64,000 nt of DNA. Origin: Nitrospirota bacterium (GTDB taxonomy: Bacteria > Nitrospirota > UBA9217). The notes under the pieces are model-generated. The model was not told where the DNA came from, ran no database searches, and was given only the letters and a program-made list of their open reading frames with translations. The position numbers and the translations under genes were made by a program. Shown one piece after another: positions 29,481 through 39,218 of this stretch. Numbering within the stretch: position 1 is the stretch's first letter; each line of letters begins with the position of its first letter. Location: positions 512,001 to 576,000 of the forward strand of contig CAVVUN010000015.1 in assembly GCA_963751455.1 (NCBI GenBank), written 5' to 3'.

Positions 29481-30683
29481 TTGAAGCTGTGTTTCCCAAA
29501 AAAAGCCATCCTGCTCGGACTTATCCTCCTGGCGACCGGAGCCTGCGCCCTTCCGCCGGTGACAAAATCGGAAGATGCGCTCAAGAAGCCGACATGGTGG
29601 AGTCCGGTTAAGCCCAATGACGATGAAGGTTTCAGGGACATTGCTGACGCGGTCCGTCAGAGCCAGGAATATTACAAAAAACTGCCTCCCGATATGCTTC
29701 TGTATTTCGGCCCCGAACGGGTGACCCCTTTCGACATGATCGTAACCCTCCAGAATTTTCTCTTAATAATCGAGAACGGTTCGCTCGCCTACGATCAGAA
29801 GATAAAACAGATAGAAAACGACTTCGAATTTTACCGCTCCGTCGGCTCTAACGGCAGCGGCCGCGTGCTGTTCACCGGGTATTATGAACCGAAGCTTAAC
29901 TGCAGACCGGCGCGGGATGAAGCGCATAAATATCCTCTCTATAAACGGCCGGACGATATCATTGAAGTGGACCTTTCCCAATTCGGAGACGGGCTTCCTA
30001 AAAACAAGCTTCTGGGAAGGCTCGAAGGCAAGAGAGTGATACCCTATTTTTCCCGTGAGGAGATCGACGAGAAGAACGCTTTGGCGAACAGGAAGCTGGA
30101 GATGCTGTGGTGTTCGGACCTGGTCGATATTTTTTTTCTGCAGGTCCAAGGTTCGGGTAAAGTTGATCTTGGGGACGGAAATCTCTTAAGCGTGCTCTAT
30201 GACGGGCAGAACGGCAGGTCCTATCGCAGCATCGGGAAGTATCTGATCGATGCGGGAATCATTCCCAGGGAAGAAATGACAATGCAGATAACGCGTCAAT
30301 ATCTGCGTGACAATCCGGAGCAGCTGCCGATGATTCTGAACCAGAACCCCAGCTACGTCTTCTTCCGGCTGGGCAGCGGCCCGTCAGTCGGAAACATCGG
30401 CGTACCGCTTACGCCCGGACGTTCGATAGCCACGGACAGCAGGCTTTTCCCGAAGGGAGCTCTTGCGTTCATCTCCACGACAAAGCCAAAGATCGAGAAC
30501 GGAATAATAACGGAATGGGTCCCTTTTACAAGGTTCGTCATGAACCAGGACACCGGTGGCGCCATCAGGGGGCCGGGCAGGGTGGACCTTTTCTGGGGCC
30601 AGGGTCAGGAGGCGGAGATCGCCGCTGGCCATATGCAACAGGAAGGGGAGCTGTATTTCCTGATCAGGAAGAAGCTGCAATAG
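29481..30683 (+). CDS. mltA: Membrane-bound lytic murein transglycosylase A
   Basis: Lipobox TGAC, FTGYYEP, FFLQVQGSG, NPSYVFF, QDTGGAIRG..RVDLFWG. Confidence 0.93.
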   Translation: MKLCFPKKAILLGLILLATGACALPPVTKSEDALKKPTWWSPVKPNDDEGFRDIADAVRQSQEYYKKLPPDMLLYFGPERVTPFDMIVTLQNFLLIIENGSLAYDQKIKQIENDFEFYRSVGSNGSGRVLFTGYYEPKLNCRPARDEAHKYPLYKRPDDIIEVDLSQFGDGLPKNKLLGRLEGKRVIPYFSREEIDEKNALANRKLEMLWCSDLVDIFFLQVQGSGKVDLGDGNLLSVLYDGQNGRSYRSIGKYLIDAGIIPREEMTMQITRQYLRDNPEQLPMILNQNPSYVFFRLGSGPSVGNIGVPLTPGRSIATDSRLFPKGALAFISTTKPKIENGIITEWVPFTRFVMNQDTGGAIRGPGRVDLFWGQGQEAEIAAGHMQQEGELYFLIRKKLQ

Positions 30684-30749
30684 AATAGCGGTTTAAAGAA
30701 CGCCATCCGATTCCTACATTCTGTCTCATCCCTCAATTCGAAATCCGTT

Positions 30750-30780
30750 CACCCCGTTAGAGCTTTTCATCTCTAACGGG
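30750..30780. repeat. CCCCGTTAGA...TCTAACGGG palindromic repeat (half copy at about 11697-11710)
   Basis: CCCGTTAGAG-CTTTTCAT-CTCTAACGGG. Confidence 0.6.
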
Positions 30781-31075
30781 AGAGGTCGTACCTCCCCGAT
30801 CTTTTTTTACCCCGTAGCAACTCGTGCGGATACAATACTCGAAGCGATAAATTATCAAGCCGGGTGATTCCGATAATACTTGCTGTGGCGACGCTGATTC
30901 GGGGCTCATCAACTTCTTGATTTTTATCTATTTCTGTACTATTGTAGATTCCATCAGTTTCCCCCTCATGCCCGCTTAGTTGCTTCCTTCCTTGACTTCT
31001 GCGGCAGAGAATCTTTAATAAGGGTCGATTATGCACGAAGGAAGATCCTAAGAGGTTCCCCTTATTGGAGAATGC

Positions 31076-31419
31076 ATGAAACAGCTAGTACCCACTGAAG
31101 TTGTGGGAAAAAAATTTTGTTAATTCGAGGGCAAAAGGTAGTCCTCGATGTCAAACTCGCAGAATTGTACAGCGTGACCACCAAAGCGTTTAATCAGGCC
31201 GTGAAACGTAACATCGATCGTTTTCCCAAAGATTTCATGTTTCAGCTCACACCCGACGAGGCCCTCACCATCCGGTCACAATTTGTGACCGCATCGGGGG
31301 CAAACAGAGGAAAGCACGCTGAGAACCACCGTCCCGAAAGAATCAAGATCGAGATAAACGAAGCGAAGTATCCGGTGGAGAAGGCGAAAGGTTCTGGCAG
31401 GAAGTATAATAACCTATAA
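31076..31419 (+). pseudogene. Truncated ORF6N-domain gene apparently fused to the tail of a MazG-like nucleotide pyrophosphohydrolase
   Basis: MKQLVPTEVV.K|ILLIRGQKVVLD..LAELY.V.TK..NQAVKRN..RFP.DFMFQL...RSQFVT, with a frameshift at an A7 run (~31108); then KIEINEAKYPVEKAKGSGRKYNNL*. Confidence 0.7.
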
Positions 31420-31477
31420 CATTTGAACAGTAAGACATCATCAGTCGATTTTTTATACCCTGCTCACGAATGCGTTT

Positions 31478-32926
31478 ATGGTAGACAATAAACTTATAGA
31501 GACTATCCTGGCAATACCCTCGGAATCGCGCACGCTGGAATTCAAGCGCTTGGGATCGAGAAATGAAGGTCTCGATAAAACGCTGCAATCCATCGTCGCC
31601 ATGTCCAACACTGATGGTGGACTGTTGATATTGGGTATTGATGATCCGCAAAAAACGACTCGCAAAGGACATGATAGAATTTACGGGATTGAAGAAAATA
31701 TTCACCTATACGACGAGATTGGTCACGCGGTAAAGAAAATTTCGCCGCCCATAGCGGGAATCTGGCCGCCTGATCTGATCGAAATCCAGGGCAAAAATAT
31801 TCGAATCGGATTGCTTGCAATTCCCAAGATGGGGGACGGTTTCCGATCGATAGAAAACCATGTCTATATCCGTCAGGAGCGTGGAAATAAACGCTTGTCT
31901 CCGCAGGAGATCATTCATTATGCCTATGTGAAAGGGTTTGAACGGTCTGACAAGGAACCGGTTAAGGTAGATTTCAGTCTTCTTAAAACGCACTATTACG
32001 AATCGTGGAGAAAGAAGCGGGGTATCGAGGAAGACGCCGTCGCGGTTGTCCTTGAAAAAACCGGGCTCGCGAGAAAAAACGACCCTGATCAACTCCTCCC
32101 TACCCGCGCTGCCGTTCTCCTGTTCGCGGAACATCCCAACGATCTTCTCGACACGAAATGCACGATTCGCGTTTTCCAATATGAGGGCACGCTGGAAGCG
32201 ATCAAAGAGACGCTAAACCTCATCGGCGTTCCCAAGACCATCAACGGCCCCGTCATCAGGCAGATATCCGAAGCGCATGAACACGTTCTGTCGCTGCTTC
32301 GGTCCGGGATGCGGGTTCCCTCGGGTTTTGTAACGACCTACAGAGTTCCAGAACGCGCGATCAAAGAGGCGATCACAAACGCTGTAATTCATCGTGATTA
32401 TCACACAAAACGGGATATAGAAATACGAATCTTTGAAGACCGTGTCGAAGTTGAAAGTCCCGGTTTGCTTCCCTTCAATATCACCCCATCCAATATAGGC
32501 ATTGAGCGCGCGCATGGGTACCGAAATGATCTCCTGGTCAAACACTTACGCGAGTTTCCCGATCCGCCAAACCTCGATCAAAACGAGGGCGTTCGGGCCA
32601 TGCGACAGACCATGAGTGAAGCCGCTCTATATCCTCCGATTTTTTTCACATATCCTTACCTGCAGGATGCTGTCCGAGTCGTGCTTCTAAATGAAAAGGC
32701 GCCAAGCGAGTGGGACAAAGTTTCTCATTACCTGAATGCCAATAGGTATATCGGCAATAAAGAGGCGCGGGAAATCCTGCACTTGGTCGATACCGTCAAA
32801 GTATCACGGCTTTTCAACCGATGGGTAAAACAGGGACTGCTAACCAAGATCGTGCCTCGGACAGGCTCCAAAAAGAGCGTGCGCTACAGACTGCCGGCCG
32901 CTGATGAGAAGCTTTATTTGCTGTGA
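31478..32926 (+). CDS. AlbA_2 (Schlafen-like) domain + HATPase_c_4-type ATP-binding protein with C-terminal wHTH
   Basis: ESRTLEFKR, IVAMSNTDGGLLILGIDD, KEAITNAVIHRDY, IFEDRVEVESPG, RN..L. Confidence 0.85.
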   Translation: MVDNKLIETILAIPSESRTLEFKRLGSRNEGLDKTLQSIVAMSNTDGGLLILGIDDPQKTTRKGHDRIYGIEENIHLYDEIGHAVKKISPPIAGIWPPDLIEIQGKNIRIGLLAIPKMGDGFRSIENHVYIRQERGNKRLSPQEIIHYAYVKGFERSDKEPVKVDFSLLKTHYYESWRKKRGIEEDAVAVVLEKTGLARKNDPDQLLPTRAAVLLFAEHPNDLLDTKCTIRVFQYEGTLEAIKETLNLIGVPKTINGPVIRQISEAHEHVLSLLRSGMRVPSGFVTTYRVPERAIKEAITNAVIHRDYHTKRDIEIRIFEDRVEVESPGLLPFNITPSNIGIERAHGYRNDLLVKHLREFPDPPNLDQNEGVRAMRQTMSEAALYPPIFFTYPYLQDAVRVVLLNEKAPSEWDKVSHYLNANRYIGNKEAREILHLVDTVKVSRLFNRWVKQGLLTKIVPRTGSKKSVRYRLPAADEKLYLL

Positions 32927-33061
32927 ATGAAAGCAATTAAAATTTAAATCTATATTTTTTAAGGAGTTGAGAAGGATTTGTTTGCAGGCGGGGGGCGGAG
33001 AGATGCGGGGCGAAACTGGAAAACGAAATCTGTTGATGCTGGTTTGTCAAAAATGAATTAG

Positions 33062-33364
33062 ATAAAGAATCTTAAAAAAGGTTGGAAAGTCGGGTCGGTC
33101 TCCGACTTCCTCAATTTGAGCCATGAAGAGGAAGAATATATCGAGATGAAGCTCGCCCTCTCGAATTATTTTCAGGAGCTTAGAAAGAAGAAAAACTTGA
33201 CCCAGATGCAGGTTGCCGAAAAAATAAAGTCGAGTCAGTCGCGTGTGGCGAAGATCGAGCGAGCTGAGTCGTCAGTTTCTCTTGACCTCATCGTGCGGTC
33301 GATCATTGCCCTCGGCTCGTCTAAAAAAGAAATCGGCAAGGTTATTCTGGAAAAGACGGCTTAG
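33062..33364 (+). pseudogene. Orphan XRE/HTH antitoxin-like gene lacking a clear start
   Basis: KGWKVGSVSDFLNLS.EE...IEMKLAL...LTQ.QVA..IKSSQSRVAKIE; in-frame TAG at 33059 after ATG 33053; no partner toxin upstream. Confidence 0.65.
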
Positions 33365-33557
33365 GTAAGATACTCTTTCTGGTACTCGTCGGCTTCGCCA
33401 CGATTGCTTATGCAACACAAACCTTCCTGCAGAGGTTGCAGGTCTCCGGCCAGCCAGCCCAATTTATTTTATCCATTTTTGTTCAATATTCTTCTCTGTT
33501 CAACTTTTATGAACATAAACTATTTATGAACATGTTTTTCCCTTTGGTCCTGTTGCT

Positions 33558-36500
33558 CTATCCTCCGATAATGCTTCGATAAAGCTTCCTGGTTTTTTCC
33601 TCCGGTTCGAGGTCCAGGTCCCGGCTGAGCGCGCGTTCGCACCGCTCATAAATCCGGATTGCCTCTGTACGCTGTCCGCCTGCGAGATGGCGCTGCATGA
33701 GCCAGCGGCATGCCTTCTCGTTACCGGGGTCCGAGAGAAACATCTTTTCGTAGAACTGCAGCGCCTTAACACTCTCTCCCATGGAATCGGCCAGGTCGCC
33801 GGCGGTTTCCAGAACTCTCAAGTATTGCCCGCGCAGCCGGTCACGAACCTCCACACTCCAATCGGCATACAGGTCTTCCGGCAGAAAGTCGCCTTCATAA
33901 AGTTCTATAGCGCTTTCGTATTCCCGAAGAAGTTCGATCTGTCCCGATTTGATTTGGCCAGCGCGCCTGATGTGAGCAAGGAACTGATGCACATCGGTCC
34001 AGACAAGATCGCGGTTCAGCGCTATGAGGTCTCCTTCCTGGTAAATACAAAAAACGTCCCTGCCCTCTGCCGCCCGCAGCTCCAGCACTTTTCTTGCGCG
34101 GTGCAGAAGCGAATTGAAACTTGCGCGCAAGTCGTCCCCGTCCCTATCGGGCCAGAGCAATTCCATGGCCCGGTCCCGGGGTAGTTTCCGTCCATCATGC
34201 GCCACGAGCAGCTTAAGGAGCGCTTTTGCACGCCTGCTTTTCCACTCGGAGTCCTGCACACGGGTCTTGCCCCGGAACACGCTGAACCCCCCAAGAGAGT
34301 GCACCCTGAGCACGGGAACCGGCTTGCCGGATGCGCTCCTATCGAGCAACGTTTCGCAATATTCACGGCATATGTTCCCGGCAATGGCAAATTTTGCAAG
34401 ATCGGCCAACTCGTCCGCAGTCAGCAATGCATAATAGGAGAAACCCAGGTCCCGGCCGAGGGTAAACCCTGCCCGAAGGTGCCTGCAGCAAACTTCGTTC
34501 TTCTTCTTTTTTCGATACAGCAGCGCCAGTGCCAGGTGAGCATTTACTTCCTGTTGGACGGCCTTGCTCTGCTGAAGCATCGTGAGCGAACTCAGCAATT
34601 CCTTTTCGGCCTTCGCCATCTTCCCCAGCTTGAGATGAATAGATCCGCTCGCGATGACGTAAATTGCATGGAACAGTTTGCTTCCGGACTGCGCGTGCAC
34701 CGCCAGGGCATAGTCGGACTCAACCTTGGCCCTCTCGAATTTGTTCAAAAACATATACGAGATTGCCAGCAGATGAGCCGCAGAGGCGCTCCGGAAGTGG
34801 TTCCCGGCCTCTACGCCCCTGCGCTTGCAGTCCGCGAGCAGAGCCGCGGCTTCACCGTAACGGCCTTCTGCGATCTTGAGCCATCCTTCAATGTCGCCGG
34901 AAAGAAAACTGATGGACTCGAGCGCATGGATATCGGCCATGCTTCTGCATTGATCGATGCATTCCCGGGCTTCAGTAAAATTTCCCTGGAACAATGCGGA
35001 CATTGCCTTTGTGAACAAGAGAGCCGCGCGGCTGCCGGCTTCATCAGGCATGCATGCAAGAGCGTCGAAACCTTTGCGCAGCGCTTCGTCCGCCGCCCGA
35101 AAATCGCCCTGATATAGCGCACAGGGCGTCAGATATGCGGCGCTCGTCACCTGGTAAAAATGGTCCGCCTTCCTGCGAAAGAGCTCAAGCGCCTGTTGAA
35201 GCGCCTCCCTGCTCTGGTCCAGTTTTCCCAAAAAGAACCATGCCATGCCAATGGCCAGCAGCAGTCTTGCCCTCGTCTCCGCCGGTTCGCGGTTCTTTTC
35301 CCGGAGCAGCGACTGCGCAAGCCCTGCCGCGCGCGACATGCGGGTCAGTCCGCCGTCTGCATGGAAGCAGGCCTCGATCAAGCCGCAGAGCGACAGCATC
35401 TGTCCCGTGGTGCGGTGACGGACAGCGGGACCTGCCTGGAAGCCCTCGAGAGAACGCTCGTACAGCTCAAGCGAGGCCTTCGGATCGCTGAACCGGCAGG
35501 CAACGGCCGTTGAGAACAGGAACCAGACGGTGTTCCGGAGTTCGAGCGGCGCCTGTTTTTGCCAGCGGAGCATTGTCTGTGCGCGGCCTGATGCAATCAG
35601 TGCCGGGGCCGCGGATTCTATGGCCTGAATCGCCTTCTCGAACTGGTTTGACCCAAGAAGGAGATCGATCGCCCGGACGATATCTCCGGTTTCATTGAAG
35701 TAGATCGAAGCGATTGAGCAAAGTTTTTTTACTTCCCCGCGCTTTGACCCGGCTGTCGTTTTTTTCCAGAGAAAATCCCGAAAGAGCGCATGATAGCGGA
35801 CGACGGGACCGTCCTCATCCAGTATGGCAGTAAAAAGATTTCTTTTCTGGAGTTCATTTACGATTCCGGTTATCGACGATTTTGAAGAACTTGAAGAGGA
35901 GACGCGGGGGAGGCCGGTCAGGCGTTCTATCAGGGCAGCGGGCAGATAATCGGTGACGGACGTACGGAGAAGAAAGTCCTGCAGATACCCGGGCAGATGG
36001 GCGAACACTTCCTGGGCAAGATAATCGAAAACATGAGACTGGAATTTGTTCTGCACGCCGTCGCCGAAGATGTCGACTTTAGAGGCGGGGACCGCGGAAT
36101 ACAGATATTCATGCATGAGAACAAGTCCGGCGGGCCAGCCTTCGGCGTTGCGGTTAATGAGCGCGGCTTGATTCTGCGCAAGCGGCATTCCGAAGATCGA
36201 GCAGAAGAGCTGGTGCACTTCGGCGTCATTGAATTTGAGGTCGTTACCGGTGATCTCGCCGACGGCCCGCTTTGCCCGCAGACCTGCTATTTCGAGGGCG
36301 GGACGGGTGCGTGAAATGATCATAAAGCGGATATGCGGCGGAGTTGTTTCCAGAAGCAGCTTGAAGAAAAAAAGAAGAACGTCAGGACACGACGAATCAT
36401 TGAAATCATCGAACACGATCATGCTTTGCTTCGGAAGATTGCCGAATACCTGGCTGATCCATCCGGGCATACTGCGCCGAAGACTGCTGTCGCTGCAATT

Positions 36501-36794
36501 ATTCTGCGAAAGAACGGGCAGGCGGGTAACTCGATCAGGGTAGGCTCTCTTGACAGCCTCGGCAAGGCCGGCAAGAAAGAGGCCCGGGTTGTCGTCTTCC
36601 TGGTCCATATTGTACCAGGCCGACGGATAGCCGAGTGACCGCACATAATCCGCAGCAAGGGTGCTTTTGCCCTGGCCGGCTTGTGCATGGAGGATGATGA
36701 GCTTTTTGTCGTCCCATCCGAGAAGGCGGTTGATAAGCCGCTCCCTGAGAAGGATATTGCCTGTTCCAGGCGGAAGAACTTTGGTAAGGTTCAT
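33558..36794 (-). CDS. MalT-type STAND NTPase + TPR-like repeats + SARP-type wHTH/BTAD transcriptional regulator
   Basis: LLRERL, Walker A AQAGQGKST, Walker B IVFDDF, EGWPAGL, FDYLAQEVF, RYHALFRDFL; C-terminal LRVHSLGGF...WKSRRAKALL, WTDV, LYEGDFL, EPE..T..LY. Confidence 0.88.
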   Translation of the reverse strand: MNLTKVLPPGTGNILLRERLINRLLGWDDKKLIILHAQAGQGKSTLAADYVRSLGYPSAWYNMDQEDDNPGLFLAGLAEAVKRAYPDRVTRLPVLSQNNCSDSSLRRSMPGWISQVFGNLPKQSMIVFDDFNDSSCPDVLLFFFKLLLETTPPHIRFMIISRTRPALEIAGLRAKRAVGEITGNDLKFNDAEVHQLFCSIFGMPLAQNQAALINRNAEGWPAGLVLMHEYLYSAVPASKVDIFGDGVQNKFQSHVFDYLAQEVFAHLPGYLQDFLLRTSVTDYLPAALIERLTGLPRVSSSSSSKSSITGIVNELQKRNLFTAILDEDGPVVRYHALFRDFLWKKTTAGSKRGEVKKLCSIASIYFNETGDIVRAIDLLLGSNQFEKAIQAIESAAPALIASGRAQTMLRWQKQAPLELRNTVWFLFSTAVACRFSDPKASLELYERSLEGFQAGPAVRHRTTGQMLSLCGLIEACFHADGGLTRMSRAAGLAQSLLREKNREPAETRARLLLAIGMAWFFLGKLDQSREALQQALELFRRKADHFYQVTSAAYLTPCALYQGDFRAADEALRKGFDALACMPDEAGSRAALLFTKAMSALFQGNFTEARECIDQCRSMADIHALESISFLSGDIEGWLKIAEGRYGEAAALLADCKRRGVEAGNHFRSASAAHLLAISYMFLNKFERAKVESDYALAVHAQSGSKLFHAIYVIASGSIHLKLGKMAKAEKELLSSLTMLQQSKAVQQEVNAHLALALLYRKKKKNEVCCRHLRAGFTLGRDLGFSYYALLTADELADLAKFAIAGNICREYCETLLDRSASGKPVPVLRVHSLGGFSVFRGKTRVQDSEWKSRRAKALLKLLVAHDGRKLPRDRAMELLWPDRDGDDLRASFNSLLHRARKVLELRAAEGRDVFCIYQEGDLIALNRDLVWTDVHQFLAHIRRAGQIKSGQIELLREYESAIELYEGDFLPEDLYADWSVEVRDRLRGQYLRVLETAGDLADSMGESVKALQFYEKMFLSDPGNEKACRWLMQRHLAGGQRTEAIRIYERCERALSRDLDLEPEEKTRKLYRSIIGG

Positions 36795-37145
36795 GCCGAT
36801 GCTCCTTTGGAGAGTTCATACGGCTTCCCTAAGCAAACTTCTTTTGAGATTATAGGAACGAAGGCGCCAAAATGCAACAAAATAGTCTCCTGGGTTGATG
36901 GGGATTAACCAACGACATTCTGTTGCAAATTGTTTCAATAAAATTGAAATCTGTTTCTTTTCCTCAAATAAAAGCAAGAATCCCAAAAATATTCCCAAAA
37001 TTTGTTTGCGAAGGGCGTTGATATATGATAACTTTCTTTATAAGCTTAAAGTATTATATTATACGAATGGAATTACTGTTTCTTTGCGTCAAACTCATTA
37101 ACGGCTTTAACGACCAATGAGACTTCGAGTCCAAGGAGGTTTTTC

Positions 37146-39163
37146 GTAAAATCATTCAAGAGTAAAGTCGTTGTCTTGTTTTCCTCAATGGTTTTGCTGG
37201 TATCATGCGGAGGAGGAGGCGGTTCAGCGGCGCCGGACGGAGATGGAGGCGGAGGCACCGGCACCGGGTCTATCGTAAGCGAGGGAACAACGTCGGTGCC
37301 CAAGGATCTCGGGACCACGCCGATTTCATATCCCAATGGAGCTGTCGCGTATGCAGGACACAGTTATTATCAATTTACAACCGGCGAGGCCGGTTCTTAC
37401 ATAATCAAAGTAACAAACACAACTGCCACGATGCTATGGGAGCTCTTTGCGCAGAAGTCTTATTTCAACGATCCTTTTTCCAATTACATCGCAACCGCTG
37501 ACGATATCGGCGATCCTGTCGGAGATCTGATCGCGAACGCTCCGAATCTTGACGCCAATACGACCTATTACCTTCAAGTATGGGACTGGGACGCGCACGG
37601 CGGAACATACCAGATTTCAACAGAGAACGGCAGCAGCGAAGGATCGAAGAACACGCCGATAGCGCTATCCCCGGAGGGATCTCTCATGCCGGCGGGATTG
37701 ACGCCTCCGGCTACAGCTACTACCGGTTCACAACCACGGGCGGTTCGTATATCATCAGCGTGGCAGATCTCTCAGCTCCCGGGAACACGCTCTGGTGGGA
37801 ACTCTATTCCGATTCCGGCTTTACATCGCAGGTCCCAGGCGATACCTGCAACGACTGGAATTCCACGGGCAGTCTTGCAGGAGACATACGTTGCGCCGCG
37901 CCAAATCTTTCCGCGGGAACGTATTACCTAAAGGTATCCAATTATTATAGTTTCCAGTCCACGGCTTATTCAATTATCGTTGCACCCGACGTCCCCGGCT
38001 ATGCCGGAGCGACGCCTGCCTCTCTCGGTCTCGACACGCATGTCACAGGTACGATTATAGACAATGAATTACAATACTATTCTTTCACGCCGCCCGCGAG
38101 CGGTACCTATACCATGACCGTTACGTCCCCGATAAATCTGACCTGGGATCTGTATTCCGACCCTGCCTGCGCGACGCTGCTCAAACACTGCGATTACAGC
38201 AGCTATTCCGACACGGCACAGTGCATGACGAATAATCTCCCGCGCGCCGCTCATTATGTAAAAATAACCAATAATGATTCCGCATCCGGCCAATACGATA
38301 TCCTCGTGACGGGACAGAACGGCAGCGAAGGGGCCATAGGCGATCCGGTCGTCCTGACATCGCGCACGCCTTATACAGCCGGCCGGCTTGCCCGCGCTGG
38401 AACGAGCTATTATAAATTTCAGGCCGAAGCGCTGGCAAATCCGGCACCGTACCTTATAATGATCACCGGAGAGCAGCCGTCCACTGATGTGGTCGGATGG
38501 AAGCTTTTTTCCGATCCGACATTCTCGACTAAAATTGGTGAATGTTTCCTGCGAACCTTCAGTGGCGAGATCGTCTGCTCCACAGGAGAAATTTCACCAC
38601 CTCAGGCTCTCACGCCGGGCGCATACTATTATGTAACCGTCCAGAACGGCTCCAGTTACTCCGCCTCCATAACATGTACGGTAACCGTGACCCCCCTTTC
38701 GAGCGAATCGGGCTGCAGCGCCGGGGGAACTTGCTACAATTTTGAAGCTGCTACTGCGGGAGCTTCTATCCCATCGCCCTTTGCGGCAGAAATGTATAGC
38801 GATGCGAATTGGAATGTGACGACGGGTGATGCAGGCAGCGGCACGAAAAGCGTGCAATCGGGTATAAGTAATAAGAATCAGGATTTAAGCTGTTTCCAAA
38901 TTACGGCGACCGATGTCAAGTGGATGACCTATAGTGTCAAGACGCAGTTCGCCACCGACACGAACTCACTCGGGCTTTACATAGATTTCGGACCAATTTC
39001 AATAGCACCGGATCAATCCTGGACCGGGACAAACGCGTGGCAGAGGGTCATTTACAGGCCCCAGTTCGGAGGAAGCTTCAAGTACGAATGGTGTCACAAA
39101 AAAAATGACACTTTGTATATCGATAACAACGCGTGGATAGACGACATAGAGTTGAATTATTGA
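37146..39163 (+). pseudogene. Repeat-domain surface lipoprotein, paralog 1 (start codon reads GTA; frameshift at about 37660-37680)
   Basis: ORFs 37176-37931 and 37580-39163 join into one protein colinear with 39219-41267; lipobox LLVSC-GGGGG; ends DDIELNY. Confidence 0.8.
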
Positions 39164-39218
39164 TTCGGCCATAAAATTTTATATTTTGAGCCAAGAGACA
39201 CCGACTCGGGAGGTTTCA

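Noticed and set aside
33053-33061. ATG-AAT-TAG in frame with the HTH gene, as possible pyrrolysine or stop read-through
   Set aside because: There is no supporting machinery or structure in the window; a deletion junction or decay in a degraded islet is simpler.
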